A stretch of 64,000 nucleotides of DNA from the human T2T-CHM13v2.0 reference genome, Homo sapiens. Positions 44,193-62,389 of this stretch are shown here, one piece after another. The notes under the pieces are model-generated. The model ran no database searches. It was not told the origin of the DNA and saw only the letters and a list, made by a program, of their open reading frames with translations. The translations under genes and the position numbers were made by a program. Positions within the stretch are counted from its first letter, which is position 1. Each line of letters opens with the position of its first letter. The stretch is from NCBI RefSeq assembly GCF_009914755.1, contig NC_060927.1. One strand, written 5' to 3'.

Positions 44193-45035
44193 AGAGGAAG
44201 AAGAAGGAAAAAAAAAGGAATAGCGTAACTGATTAATGGGATATATTAGGTGAGGAAAAGCTAAATGTCAGATTTCTTCTTTGACTTCTAAAAAGTTGTC
44301 CCTCACATTTACTAAGGAAACAGTAGAGGAGGATAAGATTAGAATAAGAAAGATAATTTACTCGTGGATGTATTGAAATTCATGTGAATGTCTCAACTTG
44401 AAATTCACTTCTGAGATTCTCTAATATCCAGATATAAATGAAGATTAAATAAAAATGGCTATACACTTTTTTTAGGAGAAAAACATTTGTTTATTGCTAG
44501 ACTTAACAATCACATTGCCATCATTTATATTGAAACATTCATCAATCTCCTATTCTTTTATTCTAAAACAGTTATTATTAATAACCTATTCATTTACTCT
44601 AAAGCACTTATCAATTTAGCTATCATGTTTAATTCATAGCAATAATACTATGTTATAAGACATTTTACTAAAATATTAGACTACTTACCTGCCCATTTTT
44701 TGATAAACTTTCTATTTTGAAATAATTTTATATTTTGCAAAGATAGTTGCAAAAGATAGTACAGAGTTCTGTTATACTATTTTATTATACAATTTCTATT
44801 CATAGAACTTATCATTATTATAGGCATATTTTTATTTGCACAATTTTATTGATTCAGTGTGTTTTTTCCATTAAAGTATGAAGGCAACAGTCATACTGTC
44901 TTGCTCACCACTTTATACCTAAAAAATAGCAAGTATGCAATAAATATGTATTGAATTAACAAAAAGCTAAAAATATAAAGTTGTAAGCCATTTGCTTATA
45001 GATAATATTTGAGACCTTGGAATATATGAAATGAT

Positions 45036-45489
45036 TGTGAATGCCGAATATCTGAGACAGCTTTCAGTTAATTTAGAAAGTTTATTTTGCCAACGTTGAG
45101 GATGTACCCGTGACACAGCCTCAGGAGGTCCTGATGACATGTGCCGAAGGTTGTCGGGGCAAGCATAGCTTGGTTTTATACATTTAGGGAGACAGGAAAC
45201 ATCAATCAATATATATATGAGATGTCCATTGATCATGTCCAGAAAGGCGGGGTAACTCAAGCAGGGAGAGGGCTTCCAATTCATAGATAGATGAGAAAAA
45301 AGCAGTTGCATTCTTTTGAGTTTCCGATTAGCTTTTTGAAAGGAGGCAGTCAGATATGCATTTATCTCCGTGAACAGAGGGATGACTTTGAATAGAATGG
45401 GAGGCAGCTTGGCACTAAGCAGTTCCCAGCTTGGCTTTTCCCTTCAGCTTAGTGATTTGGGGAGCCCCAAGACTTAATTTCCTGTCACA
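45036..45489 (-). mobile_element. MER4A-family ERV1 solo LTR
   Basis: 'atctgagacag...ttagaaagtttattttgcca...gacacagcctcaggaggtcctgatgacatgtgcc'; TG...CA; near-TSD tgat/tgac. Confidence 0.88.
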
Positions 45490-46192
45490 TGACTTAAAAA
45501 GGATATTAACGATATAAGCACAGGTAAAAGAATATAAGCCACAAATAAAAATAAAAATTACAGAAGGATCTGCCAGAGCAGGAAGGAAATAAGAAGCCTC
45601 TGTATCCTAAAAATAAAGTGTTTTAAGAAGTAAATATTTGTGCTAAGCAATGCAGAGACTTAAAAGTCATGGAGGAATTTCTATATTACTGAGAGATATA
45701 TTGATGTGAAAGTCACTGTTTGTTTGTTTGTTGTTTGTTTGTTTTGTGAGACCTGATATGGCAAAGTGATGGAGACAGAAGGCTAATTGTCGTGGGTTCA
45801 GAGTTGAGTAGGAGGTGAGGAAATGGTTGCAGAGGTGATTATGCTTTACAGTATGTGGTTATAAAGGAGAGGAGGGAGGTAAGGAAGCTACTCAAGGGGA
45901 TGACTGATTAAGAGCTTCTTCTACAGTTTGCCTGTACCTATTAAGATGACTTTTTACCTGTTAAAATACATTTTATTTCACACTCTCCAGCTAGTGCATT
46001 TGAACAAGTTTCTAGCATCTGATCTTGAGTGAACAGAACCTTGATTATGACTCACAGGGCCACCTGTCAATCCTTAAGAACTTAATGGTTACATTGTGTA
46101 GAATTTCCCATAAAAACGTGTTATGCTTCAACATTTTCCTAGAAAGCACAAATAATTAAATAAATAAAAATACTTCACTTTGTTACTAGTAA

Positions 46193-46596
46193 TGAGGCAG
46201 GAGAACAGGGTCTGAAGGCAGGGAACGTAAGTCTTACTCTTGCTGACTTTCTAGAACTAAATCAAATGGAAACACTTCAACTATGACAGAAAACATCCTC
46301 TCCAGTTACCTAGGGCTCACACAGAGTAAATGACTTTGCAACTTTACTTCATCCTCATTTATTAAGATGTAGACCAAGTAAACAAAGGAAACCACTAGAG
46401 GGTATTTAAACCTCAGAAAATTCTGTAACAGGCTCTTGAGCCCCTATGCTCAGACTCGCTCCCACCCTGTGGAGTGTACCTTCATTTTCAGTAAAACTCT
46501 GCTTCTGTTGCTTCCTTCTTCCCTTGCTTTGTTTGTGCATTTTGTCCAGTTCTTTGTCCAAGATGCCAAGAACCTGGACACCTTCAACAAGTAACA
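46193..46596 (+). mobile_element. MER83-family ERV1 solo LTR
   Basis: Starts 'tgaggcaggagaacagggtctgaaggcagggaac', ends 'gccaagaacctggacacc...gtaaca'. Confidence 0.8.
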
Positions 46597-46902
46597 GATA
46601 CGAATTTAAACTTGCCTTGAGAAAGTTATTTCTGTAACTCTAACATCGATAAGGGTATTTTAGAGCAAGGCAACGTCCCAAAACATTGTTCCCTATGCTC
46701 TGAGAAGATGTAGAATTAACCAACTTTTTGTTTTAAAGACACCTAAAATATCTGAAATCAAGTTGTTATTTATCAAGGAAATTGTGTTACTTTGCAATGG
46801 TGTCTTCTTAAAAGAGAAGGCTAAAATAATCTAATTATTTTCCATTAATGAAATGGAGACGTTTCAGATTAGCCTTTGAAGAAGAATGTTATGTGAACAG
46901 CA

Positions 46903-46941
46903 ACACACACACACATACACACACACACAGAGACACACACA
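46903..46941. repeat. (CA)n microsatellite
   Basis: Direct reading. Confidence 0.9.
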
Positions 46942-47181
46942 ATCTCATCAGGAATTTCAGTAGTAAAATCACTTCTAAATCAGATTAACCCTAAATTAGA
47001 GGGTCCCATGTTTTTCCAGGATAGATCTAGAGTGAACATTTTGTTTTTGACAGAACACAGCATGCTTCCTGAGATCCTAGAGGATTAGAAAGAAATCTCT
47101 TGAAAAATGTATTCACTCATTGTAATATGTAATGATCCTCACCTTATACTCAACTGGGTAACAACTTTGTTGTTGATGTAT

Positions 47182-47310
47182 AGCTGACTACATGCATTAT
47201 TGTCTAAATTGGGCACATTGACAATCAAAAGGAATTACATTAATTATTATGGCAAGAAAACAGGGGTAAACTGAGATTTTTCCAGGCAACCATTTTAAGT
47301 ATAGTCACAT
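47182..47310. mobile_element. MER94-like hAT-Blackjack fossil
   Basis: 'ttattgtctaaattgggcac...attaattattat...aacaggggtaaactgagat...tatagtcac'. Confidence 0.55.
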
Positions 47311-48039
47311 AAATTATTTATGTACTCCTATTTTCTCTCCTAATAAGTGAACAATAGCAAGCTAAGATAACCTCCCTCAGCCCTGGTTTGACAGTTTGTA
47401 ATATATGCACACTTCCTAGAGTAGTCATGATGATAAAACCTGAAATTTATTAAATAACTTTGAGAATACTAAAAACTCTCTGTATTTGGATTTATATTTG
47501 TATATGTATATGTGTTTTTGTATCTAAACTGCATATTTTTATTATTTAAATTGTAAATACTAAGAGGGCAGTAATTTGTCTTACTCAGCACTGATACTGT
47601 GTAATATTTAGTCATTCATTTTTAGATTACTGACAATTTTCTATCACTTTTCTTCTAAATTCTTCAATGTGATCAGGCATAACTTTATCATTGAAATGAA
47701 AACTAACTGAATTTTTTTATGACTTGCAGTGTCTGAAAACTGGCAGTTATTTTTTTTTGGAAAAAACATAGAAATGAAAATAGGAAGAAAGAAAAAAGAA
47801 GGAATATGAAATAGAACAAAAAAAGTCTTAAGAGAATGTTGATCTATTGCTCACTATACAAACTGCTAATTTTTGATGAGATATTTGAGAAACACGTTTA
47901 TTCATTGTTAGGTGTTCAATACCACAAATGTGAACAATGTTAGACATTTTAAAATGAAAAAGATATAATTTTGGCTCCAGATAATGATCCAGGGTATAAT
48001 TTTTCCACAAGTTTCTTGAAGAGGGCAATATGTTTCATG

Positions 48040-48245
48040 ATGAAAGGGTTCCATTGTCAAGTAAATTTGAAAAACCTTAATTAAGCAAATGTAAAGAGGT
48101 TAAAATTTATTTATTATTTTTGTTTGACTTTCTCCTATATGATTTCTCAAAAACTTTAATGTTTAATGCATGTTGTTAATTTCCAGAGGGAAAGGAAATA
48201 CGAGTCATTTTTCAAACTGAGTTAACTACAGAACACATTTTAAAG
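48040..48245. mobile_element. MER103C-like hAT-Charlie fossil
   Basis: 'aagggttccattgtcaagtaaatttgaaaaac' with an inverted counterpart 'tttttcaaactgagttaactacagaacac'. Confidence 0.5.
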
Positions 48246-48409
48246 AATTCTCATTTAATGACTTGCAGTGCCTTCAGGAGTTCTCACTGTGGCCACACAA
48301 ATCATTTGCCCATACTTTGAAACTATGGCTGGGTAGAGGAAACCTGAATCATTTAAATTCTGTTTTCTCGATATATAGAAAGTTTAACTCCTTCAACTTC
48401 TTATTCTAA

Positions 48410-52048
<3,639 letters not shown>

Positions 52049-52124
52049 GCTCTGAGATTTTTATGTTCTTTGATTTATCATTCATGCAATCAAAACTTTT
52101 CAGTTCATATTATTTATATTTAAG

Positions 52125-52740
52125 TCTTTATTCAATTAATGTTCATTGAACATCTCTTCTGTGCTGGCACTTTTCAAGACACTGAGGATATATTGAGGAA
52201 CAAAGGAGACATAAAAGAAGATAAAATCCTGTGGCTTCATAGAGTTTAGCTTGTATTGGCGTAGGAAAAAAGTAAAACATATAAGCGAAATACATAATGT
52301 ATTAGAAAGTAAATACTGCAGATTAAATGTGAGGAATGACATTGGAGCACACAAAGAAGTGTTTAAAGTTTGGTTTAATTTTATACTGGGTGGATTAGGA
52401 TAAGTATCCTGAGATGGTAGCATTTCAGCAAAGTTTGTGGGACAGGTGGAGGTGGGACACGTGGGGAAAGCTATACGGCTTTTTAGAGGAAAGGCCAGTG
52501 CAAAGGACTTGGGGTGGGAAAAAGTCTCATATATTTGGGTAACAACTAGAAAATTAGTGTTGCTACATCAGGATGAACAAGGAGAGTGATAAGAAAAAAA
52601 TAAGACTCAAGAAGTAAAGAGGACCCAGATGACATAGTGCCCTCTAGGTGATTAAAGCACTATGGGCTTTTACTCTCAATGAGATAGTAAGATACACCCA
52701 ATGAGATGATAAAACCATAGAGTATTTGAGCAGCAGTGAG
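52125..52740 (-). mobile_element. LINE-2 3' end
   Basis: 'cattgaacatctcttctgtgctggcac...cactgaggata', 'ttcatagagtttag'. Confidence 0.7.
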
Positions 52741-53319
52741 GACAGTTTTTCTCCATGTTTTTATTTTTCCTGCTATTTTGGTTCCACTAATACTTTGGGT
52801 GGGCATTAACAACAGTAGTACGTTTCTCAAGATTAGGTTCCTTGAAAAGGAGATTCATTTCTTGACACATAGTAGGGATTCTATAAAGCATTTACTCTAT
52901 GACTATCAGTCAACACATTTTTATTAAGGGCAATTTCACATATTTAAATATTCAATTACCAAAAATCATGGAGTAACATTCTAATTAGAAGCCTAAAAAT
53001 CAATTGAAGGAGAACAAATTGTTTGAAGCATTCTATCTAATGCACTTTATCTGCAGCATTTTTTCCCCAGATATCATACTCTGTTAGGGTTAATCACACA
53101 ACAATCCCAAAGCAGTTTGCACTATATGAAGTACTTTTAAAATGGTTTGTTGTAAAAGTTACATTTTTTTCTGTTATAAATTATTCTAACTTCACAAATA
53201 TGCCCAAAACACATTATCTAATATTTTGACCTGTAAACATAAAATTGCCATTTTAGAAACATTTGGAGGAGTGTTTACAGTTAAACTAATTTATTTTTTT
53301 CACATATCCTATTATTACT

Positions 53320-55523
53320 TATTTATTTTTTTCATTTTATTTTAAGTTCCAGAATACATTTGCAGAATGTGCAGGTTTGTTACACAGGTATACATGTGTC
53401 ATGGTGGTTTGCTGCACCTATCAACCGGTCATCTAGGTTTTAAGCCCCGCATGCAATAGGTATTTGTCCCAATGTTCTCCCGCCCCTTAACCCCCAACCC
53501 CTATGTTTTTCCCCTCCCTGCGTCCATGTAATGCTCCTTGTTCAACTCCCACTTATGAGTGAGAACATGTGGTATTTGGTTTTCTGTTCCTGTGTTAGTT
53601 TGCTGACAAAGATGGCTTCCAGCTTCATCCATGTCTCTACAAAGGGCATGATCTCATTCTTTTCTTTGGCTGCATAGTATTCCATGGTGTATATGTGCCA
53701 TATATTCTTTATCCAGTCAATCATTGATAGCCATTTGGGTTGGTTCCAAGTCTTTGCTATTGTGACTAGTGCGGCAATAAACAGACATGTGCATATATCT
53801 TTGTAGCAGAATGATTTATAATCCTTTGGGTATATATCTAGTAATGGGATTGCTGGGTCAAATGTTATTTCTGGTTCCAGATCCTTGAGAAATCGCCACA
53901 CTGTCTTCCACAATGGTTGAACTAATTTACACTCCCACCAACAGTGTAAAAGTGTTCCTATTTCTCTACAGCCTCGCTAGCATCTATTGTTCCTGAATTT
54001 TTAATAATCGCCATTCTGACTGGCATGAGATGGCACCTCATTGTGATTTTGTTTTGCATTTCTCTAATGACCTTTGATATTGAGTTTCTTTTTCATTTGT
54101 TTGTTGGCTGCATAAATGTCTTCTATTGAGAAGTGTCTGTTCATATCCTCTGCCCACTTTTTGATGGGGTTGTTTGGTTTTTCCTTGTAAATTTGTTTAA
54201 GTTCCTTCTAGATTCTGGATATTAGACCTTTGTCAGATGGGTAGATTGCAACCATTTTCTCCCATTCTGTAGGTTGCCTGTTCACTCTGATGCTAGTTTC
54301 TTTTGCTGTGCAGAAGTTCTTTAGTTTAATTAGATCCTATTTGTCAATTTTGGCTTTTGTTGCAATTGCTTTTGGTGTTTTAATCATGAAGTCTTTGCCC
54401 ATGCCTATGTCCTTAATGGTATTACCTAGGTTTTCTTCTAGGGTTTTTATGGTTTGGGGTTTTACATTTAAGTATTTAATCCATCTTGAGTTAATTTTTG
54501 TATAAGGTGTAAGGAAGGGGTCCAGTTTCTGTTACCCGCATATAGCCAGCTAGTTTTCCCAGCACCATTTATTAAATAAGGAATCCTTTTCCCATTGTTT
54601 CTTTTTGTCAGGATTGTCAAAGATCAGATGGTTGTAGATGTGTGGTGTTATTTCTGAGGTCTCTGTTCTGTTCCATTGGACTATATATCTGTTTTGGTAC
54701 CAGTATATGCTGTTTTGATTGTTGTAGCCTTGTAGTACATTTTGAAGTCAGGTAGAGTGATGCCTCCAGCATTGCTCTTTTTGCTTAGGATTGTCTTGGC
54801 TATATGGGCTCTTTTTTAGTTCCATATGAAATTTAAAGTAGTTTTTTCTAATTCTGTGAAGAAAGTCAATGGTAGCTTGATGGGAATAGCATTGAATCTA
54901 TAAATTACTTTGGGCAGTATGGCCATTTTCATGATATTGACTCTTCCTATCCATGAGCATAAAATGTTTTTCCATTTGTTTGTGTCCCATTTCCTCAAGC
55001 AGTGGTTTGTAGTTCTCCTTGAAAACATACTTCACATCCCGTGTAAGTTGTATTCCTAGGTATTTTGTTGTCTTTGTAGCACTCGTGAATGGGAGTTCAT
55101 TCATGATTTGGCTCTCTGTCTATTATTGGTGTATAGGAATGCTTGTGGTTTTTGTACATTGATTTTGTATCCTGAGACTTTTCTGACGTTGCTTACCAGT
55201 TTAAGTAGTTTCGGGGCTGAGATAATGGGGTTTTCTAAATATACAACCATGTCGTCTGCAAACAGAAACAATTTGACTTCTCCTCTTCCTATTTGAATAC
55301 GCTTTATTTCTTTCTCTTGCCTGATTACCCTGGCCAGAACTTCCAGTACTATGAAGAGGAGTGGTGAGAGAGGGCATCCTTAACTTGTGCTGGTTTTCAA
55401 AGGGAATGTCTCCAGCTTTTGCCCATTCAGTATGATATTGGCAATGGGTTTGTCATAAATAGCTCTTATGATTTTGAGATATGTTTCATCAATACCTAGT
55501 TTATTGAGAGTTTTTAACATGAA
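53320..55523 (-). mobile_element. L1PA7/L1PA8 5'-truncated (2.2 kb)
   Basis: ORF2 C-terminus MWKTVWRFLKDLEPEITFDPAIPLL...MFSLISGS; 3' UTR 'catctaggttttaagccccgcatgc'; 19-bp TSD cacat(a/g)tcctattattact at 53301-53319 and 55524-55542. Confidence 0.95.
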
Positions 55524-56142
55524 CACATGTCCTATTATTACTAATAGCATATGAGTCTGTAGTTTTACAGAACAAAAGAAACTATTTGTAACTTTGAACA
55601 TTTTTCATTTTTATGTTTTAATTGAAAAAATTAAAAGAAATAAGAAGCATTTCTCCCTTGGGATTGAAAATAATGAAGAGTTTAAAGTAACATTTAGTAG
55701 TTAGCTTGGGGGTGACCAGTTCTGAAGACATGTTTTAGTCATTTTTAACTCTCTGACATAGATCTCTGTGATACCTAATATGTGTGCTTGTGTTTCTCTC
55801 ACAATTAAATCATATATTTAGTCACAGAGTGTATAGCAAGAGAATATCTGTTATGTCCTCACTCATCCTGTCCACTTCACACTCAGCACATGAAAATGAG
55901 AATGGTTAATGTCGTTGAAAGTCCAGCAGTGAACAAAACAAAAACAATATGTTTTCATAGGATTTATGTTCTAGTGGAGGGAGAAACAGTAAAATAAATA
56001 AAATATATTACTGAATTATGTAGTACCTTATTTTGGTAGTATGTTGTTAATTATGGAATGTTAGTACAGGTTAGTCCAGGAATTGTTTGCTCTTATAGGG
56101 GTTACTAAAGAGTTATAACTTGGACTTATAAAATGGCTCAGG

Positions 56143-56670
56143 GTCTTTTCTTAGGCTGGGATTCCCTGAAAATAGAGTCTGAAGCAAAGCCTCATGCATA
56201 CTAACCTATTGGAGAGTGTGATCCTTAGGAGGAGGAGTGAGTGAATATCAGAATAAATTAGAGAAGGCGAGGGAGACCTAATGTGGGGATATATTGCTTA
56301 ACTGGATATTGCTTGATATCAAGAACAACTGATTTCTCCCTTAGTAAAATCATCTTTGAAGAGGCTGTTTAAATGACTGCTCTGCAGACAGTTCCTCCAA
56401 AAGAAGAAAGAGAGAAGAATTTATCCAGTGGTTTCCATATCCAGCAGATCAATATTTTTTTGCCATGGTTACTCATGACTTGGTGTAGACAGGGAAGCCC
56501 AGAGCTAGAGGCCAGTGACTTATGGAGTGAGCAGAGTGAAGGCATTGTCTGGCGGGTCTGCATCATTGTAATGAGAACTCATGTAAAGCTACTCATCAGG
56601 ACAACTGAAAAGAGAAGAGACAGGTGAGTCCAAAAATGTCTGAGTTGGTGCTTAAGAGGTGTCTGAGATA
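56143..56670 (-). mobile_element. LTR33-like ERVL LTR
   Basis: 'ttaggctgggattccctgaaaatagagtctgaagcaaag...ttggagagtgtgatcc'. Confidence 0.45.
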
Positions 56671-58853
56671 GCCTTAACTCTACTTTAACCAGACAAACAG
56701 GAGGCTTTATTGGTTTTATATATATGAGTTTACCATAAATTTTGCCAAAAAAAAAAGGGAAAAGTTAAAATGACCGATCTGTCTCAAGCCTCAGTTATTT
56801 TAAAATAAAGAAACTGAGACCTAGAAGAGTAAATTGACTTAGTTTCAGCTAAATCAATGAACTGTCAGTATTGAGTTCTTCTCAGCAATATACAGTTTGA
56901 TGTTTACTGAGAATGTGTTCTTCATAAAGCCTTTGTTGTTTGAATGGTTTTTGTTTTGTTTTTTCTACAATATCCATAGATTATAGGTAAAAAAGGAATT
57001 TATTTGATGCTTCAAGGGCCTGAAGTCTAATGCATCTTTAGTTTATATGATTCACATAATATTCACTAGGCAAATTGGCATGCTGATGTTAATTGTAATT
57101 AAGATTCCCAGACTGAAAGTTTATTAATTGCACAGAAAGAACAATATTAATTGTTTTAATCGAAATGAAATATTTCCTGCTATCTCCAACTGGACATGAG
57201 TTCTCTTCATTTCATGTTATTTGCAGGCCAATTATGGCCTTTAGCTACTTACGTATTAAGAAAAATATAGCGATTTTGGAGTTGTCTTATTCTTCCTATA
57301 AACTTGTGAGCACCTGTATGCTTCAATGGAAGAACAGTGCCTGGCTTGGCAATATACAACACAAGCTTATGTCTCTACACTCCTATTCATACTGAAGATT
57401 AAATTATATTGTTTCCCTGAAGCTCACTCTTCTTATTTGTAAAATTGTATAATACACTCAACACAGGGTTCATAAGCAGATCTCATGTATTAAACTGTGG
57501 AAAGCAGTTTAATACAAACCTTGGAAAGCGTTTTTAATGTGCTATTTGAATAGTAAGTTTCAAAGATAACAGCCTAAATAATATTCCATATAAAATCGAT
57601 ATTTTTGTTTGATAAATTGAGGCAAAGTAATATAAACAAAAAAACAGCGAGATTAGACCTTGGGCTCTGGTAGTTATTGATTGAGATTTTATTTGGCCAA
57701 AATGGAATAAAATTTAAACTTAAAATTTTAGAAGTATCTGCAAATGTCCTCTGTGGTTCTGACTGTAAAGGCCCAATTATAATTTAGTTATAAAACTTTT
57801 ATGTTTTGGTAATCCTTCCATAACTCTTAGGCAGAATTAAGTATTTTAAGTAAATATGTAATGTTTTCTGTATAATTTTGAAAATCAGTGCAATAATTAT
57901 CAGCTAAAAATTAAAAGTAAGCCATTTTCCAGTTTAAATATTTAATCAGTTTTATATTTAGACCATTTCTAGTGGATTGCAAGTTATCTATATATTCTTT
58001 TATTAAAAATAACAATAACTGTATCTTTTTATATCTGCCAATTATTCCACATGAATGTAAATATTATACTGACAATCTTAAAATAGATCACTTTTTGCTG
58101 AATAAATTTCATCTATTTTCCTAAATTTAGCAGATCTTATTCTTATGCAAAATAATGCTCTGCACATATCTATTCCTTCATTACTTAATTCAATATCAGA
58201 GAAATGGTATTTTGGTGATTTAAAAAGTTGTATGTTTTTAAAGAGTATATTCTAATATACTAAGTCAATGGTTTTTTGCTAACAGGTTTCTTGCTAATGC
58301 TTTTTAAATCTGTACTTAAAGGCAAACAATAAATTAATCAGATTAAACTCTCTTCCTTCTGCCTTTTGGAAAGTTGTGTCCTTTGGAAGGATGTAGATTG
58401 CCATAATCATCCATCAAGGAACTACATATACCAGAATAGAGCAATGGTCTCAAACCTAAACTTTCTATAGATAGACCAGACACAACAATTTCACTTCTGG
58501 TGGTAGGGCATACATGTGTTTTTAAAATCTAATATATCTTTGAAATATTGTCATTTATTTGCCTACTTGCTATTAATTAAATAACAAACATTTATTGCAT
58601 ATCTACTTCCTGACAAATATTGTGATAGATATTGTGAATAAAGGTAAATGTGGTCAGGGCCTCTGCCTCATGGAATTTCTATTCTATACCAAGGACAGAA
58701 AAATAGACAAATAACTACAATGTTGGGTGATAAGTATCATAAAATATTTATCATAAAGGTTCATTTGATAAGTAAAATTCATTTGATTACAAACATTATA
58801 AAACAAGATCTTTATAAACTTAAATGTATATTTTTGCTTAAAGCTTTCATAAG

Positions 58854-58854
<1 letters not shown>

Positions 58855-58888
<34 letters not shown>

Positions 58889-58906
58889 TGTGTGCATGTA
58901 TGTATG
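58855..58906. repeat. (TG)n microsatellite
   Basis: Direct reading. Confidence 0.95.
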
Positions 58907-59104
58907 TTTTCTACATAGCATGTAAGAATTATTTTCCTGCCTCTAAATGCATACACCTATCTTGGCTCACTCTGTTTTTATTCTTCCTATTTTGAGTGAC
59001 AAGAGATTCTGTCTACTCTTATCACTCTACTTATGTTTTGCAACTACCCTTTCTTATTTTCTTGCAAAACTCACTCTTGTGTTATCTTCTCTATCCCTTA
59101 AATG

Positions 59105-59345
59105 AAATGTCCACAAACTTTTTTTAAAAAAGGCCAGATAGTATTTTCCTGTAAAAGGCCAGTATTTTAGGCTTTGTGAGTCATGGAACCTCTTTTGCAA
59201 CCGTTCAACTCTGCCAGTGTGGTATTGAAGCAGCCATAGGCCATATGTAGATGAATTAGTTTAGTTGAGTTCCAATAAAACTTTATTTATAAAAACAAAT
59301 AGTAGCCTGGATTTGTCCCATGAATTATAGTTTGCTGATCCTTAG
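59105..59345. mobile_element. MER58A
   Basis: 'tattttaggctttgtg...tcaactctgcc...gcagccatag...gttccaataaaactttatttataaaaaca...tagtttgctgatcc'. Confidence 0.85.
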
Positions 59346-60001
59346 TTTAAAGAATAAACTTCTCTGTCTGTTGGGTTATTTTTAACTTTAATCAAATGTA
59401 TTCTAATATCAACCATCAAAAAAGGAAAGTTTACAAAAAGTTGCCCATGTAACATTAGTTCAGTATTTTAGAACTGTAATCAAGCTTAAAAAAATAAAAC
59501 CTGTCACATATATAACTTTCCTCCAATATTGACAAATATTGTTTCATAAGTACCATGTAGGCCAAATTCGAATTCAGAATTTGGGGCTTTTCTGGAGTTC
59601 CACATCAGAAATGATGGCAGAGAGACCAAATGCCATTCATATTCTCTTTCATTTGTTACTTCCTTCCTTTCCATCTGACTTGCTTTTAGGAAGTTGAACT
59701 TGGAGATTAATTTCCTTCAAGTTCTGGACCAAGCCTGGGACCATGTGGTCAGACAAATCTAGGTTCCAAGGTACCAGCGCATGTTTGAGAAAGGGCAGTG
59801 CAGTGCTTGGGCAGGCACATTCTCTTGGCTACATGGTTTCTTTACTCTTTAGGGAAAGGTGAGGCTAGAGAAGGGCCAGAGTTGGGCCTGCTAAAGTGTA
59901 GGGTCCAGGGCAAGAACCCCTTTTATTGGGGTCTAGATGCACTGAGCCCAGGAGAACACTTGTGTCTTCATTAAGGAAACCAGATGATATTTTTTGGCTT
60001 T

Positions 60002-60477
60002 TGTTATAGGTTGAATTGTGCCTCCTCCATACCTCCAAATTCCTATGTTGAAATATGAATCCCTAGTACTCTAGAATGTGACCTTATTTGGAAATAGGGT
60101 GATTGCAGATGTAATTATTTAAGATGAGGTCACACTGGAGTAGGATGGGTTGCAAATCCAATATAACAGATATTCTTATTAAAAGGGAAAAGTTGGGCAT
60201 GGATATACATACAGTGAAAATGCCATGTAAAGATGAAGGCAGGGTTTGGGATGTTGTTTTTAATAAGACAAGGAATGCAAAATTCCATCCCGAAACAAAC
60301 AGAAGCTAGGCTAGTGTCATGGAATAGACTCTCTCACACAGTCCTCAGGAGGAGCTAACCCTTCTGGCATCTTGATCATGGACTTTAAGACTCCAGAATT
60401 GTGAGACAACAAATTTCTGTTGTGTAAGCCACCCAGTGTGTTGCACTTTGTCATGGTGACTCTAGTAAACTAATACA
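60002..60477 (+). mobile_element. MLT1 (MLT1B/C-like) MaLR solo LTR
   Basis: 'tgttataggttgaattgtg...gaatgtgaccttatttggaaataggg...aaactaataca'. Confidence 0.9.
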
Positions 60478-61129
60478 TTTCCTTAAAGAGCTATTCTTGA
60501 CAAGTGCTTCTAAATAGTTACCTTTCATTTAGTTTTAGTTATTGTACTCTTGTTTGTTACTCTTGGGAATAGCAAAAAATTGTAATTATATCTTATCTAT
60601 TCTTGTATATTCATTTGTTAATGTATGTCTCTGTCACTGTATAGCATTTCTACATTGTAGCTGCACCTGGGCAGGATCAATGTCTGCTTGATCACTACAG
60701 CCTTAACGGCACGTAGTAAAATGATAAGCATTAGACAGAATACATGCAACAAACATTTTGTGAATAAATAAAAGAATGAAAAAGAGAAAGGAAGGAAGAA
60801 AAGAAGAAGAGAGAAGAAAATGAAAAAAAGACCTTTAGGAATATTATATGACTTCAACTCATTTATGTAGAACCATCCATTGTTCCTCAACATTTAATAT
60901 TAATGCATCATCCTATAATTCTGAAAGCAAGGGAAAGAGCCATGGGTGTTAATACTTTATTAAGTGAAGAACTGAATAAACAACTATCTCAGAGTCCTAG
61001 AAGTAGTTGGATTAAAGGATTCATCAAGTGATCAATTTGAGCATAAATAAGTCTATATTAGCCAAACTGCCAACATCTTATATAATTTTAAATTATGTAA
61101 CATGACCTATGTCATCCAAGCTACACTCA

Positions 61130-61680
61130 TGCACTTATTAACTCATTCATTTTTCCTTCATTCATTTGAGAAATATTTTTAAGTTCTCAAATACTTTCAG
61201 ATATGGAATAGATGAGTGGAAAAATAAAACAAAGGTTCTTGGAATTTATATTTGATATAGATTAGGGCAAAAATACTATACATAAATAAGTTATATAATA
61301 ATTTCAGAGGTGACTATTCCTATATAAAATGGAAAATAGTAGGGCAGGATAAAGAGGCAAGGTAGTGTGGTTTGTGTTAAAATTTTGAATGTGGTAGTCA
61401 GCAAAATATTCCTTTTAAGGAGCTGATAATCAAAGATGTGAAGGAGTGACACAGTTACCAATTTTTCTGAAGGAAAGATAAGACAATCAAACTGAAGACC
61501 CTAAGATGGAAATATACAGGCATGTAAAAACAACAACAACAAAACAGTAGGGAGGGCAGTGTGGTTGAGTGGAATGAAGGAGCAGGAGATCACTGAGGTG
61601 TGTTCAGAGAGGTAATAGGCTTGGTGGGGAGAAGGCTGATCATGTAGGGTCTCACAGCCCTTCAAGTATCTACACTTGGC
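61130..61680 (-). mobile_element. LINE-2 3' end
   Basis: 'ttcattcatttgagaaatattt' tail and GA-rich body. Confidence 0.6.
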
Positions 61681-61824
61681 AATATAAAAATAAAATTCAT
61701 CAGAACATATTTGTGTTTGAGGGACTTTAATAGTAATTTAATCTCTCTTCTTTTTTTTTTTAACTTTATAAAGAAAATGGAGCCAGAGACGTTAAGATGA
61801 ATGCTAAAAGTCACATGGCCTTTA

Positions 61825-62121
<297 letters not shown>

Positions 62122-62200
62122 CTAATTTGACCAGGCACTGAAAGCTGTCTGATAGAACTGTGTACTGTCCCAAATATTGTCAGTACTGGTGCCTCTAGCT

Positions 62201-62389
62201 CAGTGGTTGCCAAAATACAATGTGATTAGAATCACCTATAGGGCTTGTTAAAACACAGAATGTTCAGCTCCATGCTCAGCATTTCTGGTTCATTAAGTCT
62301 TGAATTGGATGCTGAGAAGATTCATTTCAAACGAGTTTTCAAGTGGTGCTCATAATGATGGTTTGGGAGCCACGCGTTGAGAACCACCA
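62201..62389. mobile_element. MER5A
   Basis: 'cagtggttgccaaa...attagaatcacctatagggcttgttaaaacacaga...ttgagaaccac'. Confidence 0.85.

Noticed and set aside
53542-55601. Reverse-transcriptase-related ORFs as a novel system
   Set aside because: Ordinary broken L1 ORF2 pieces bounded by a TSD
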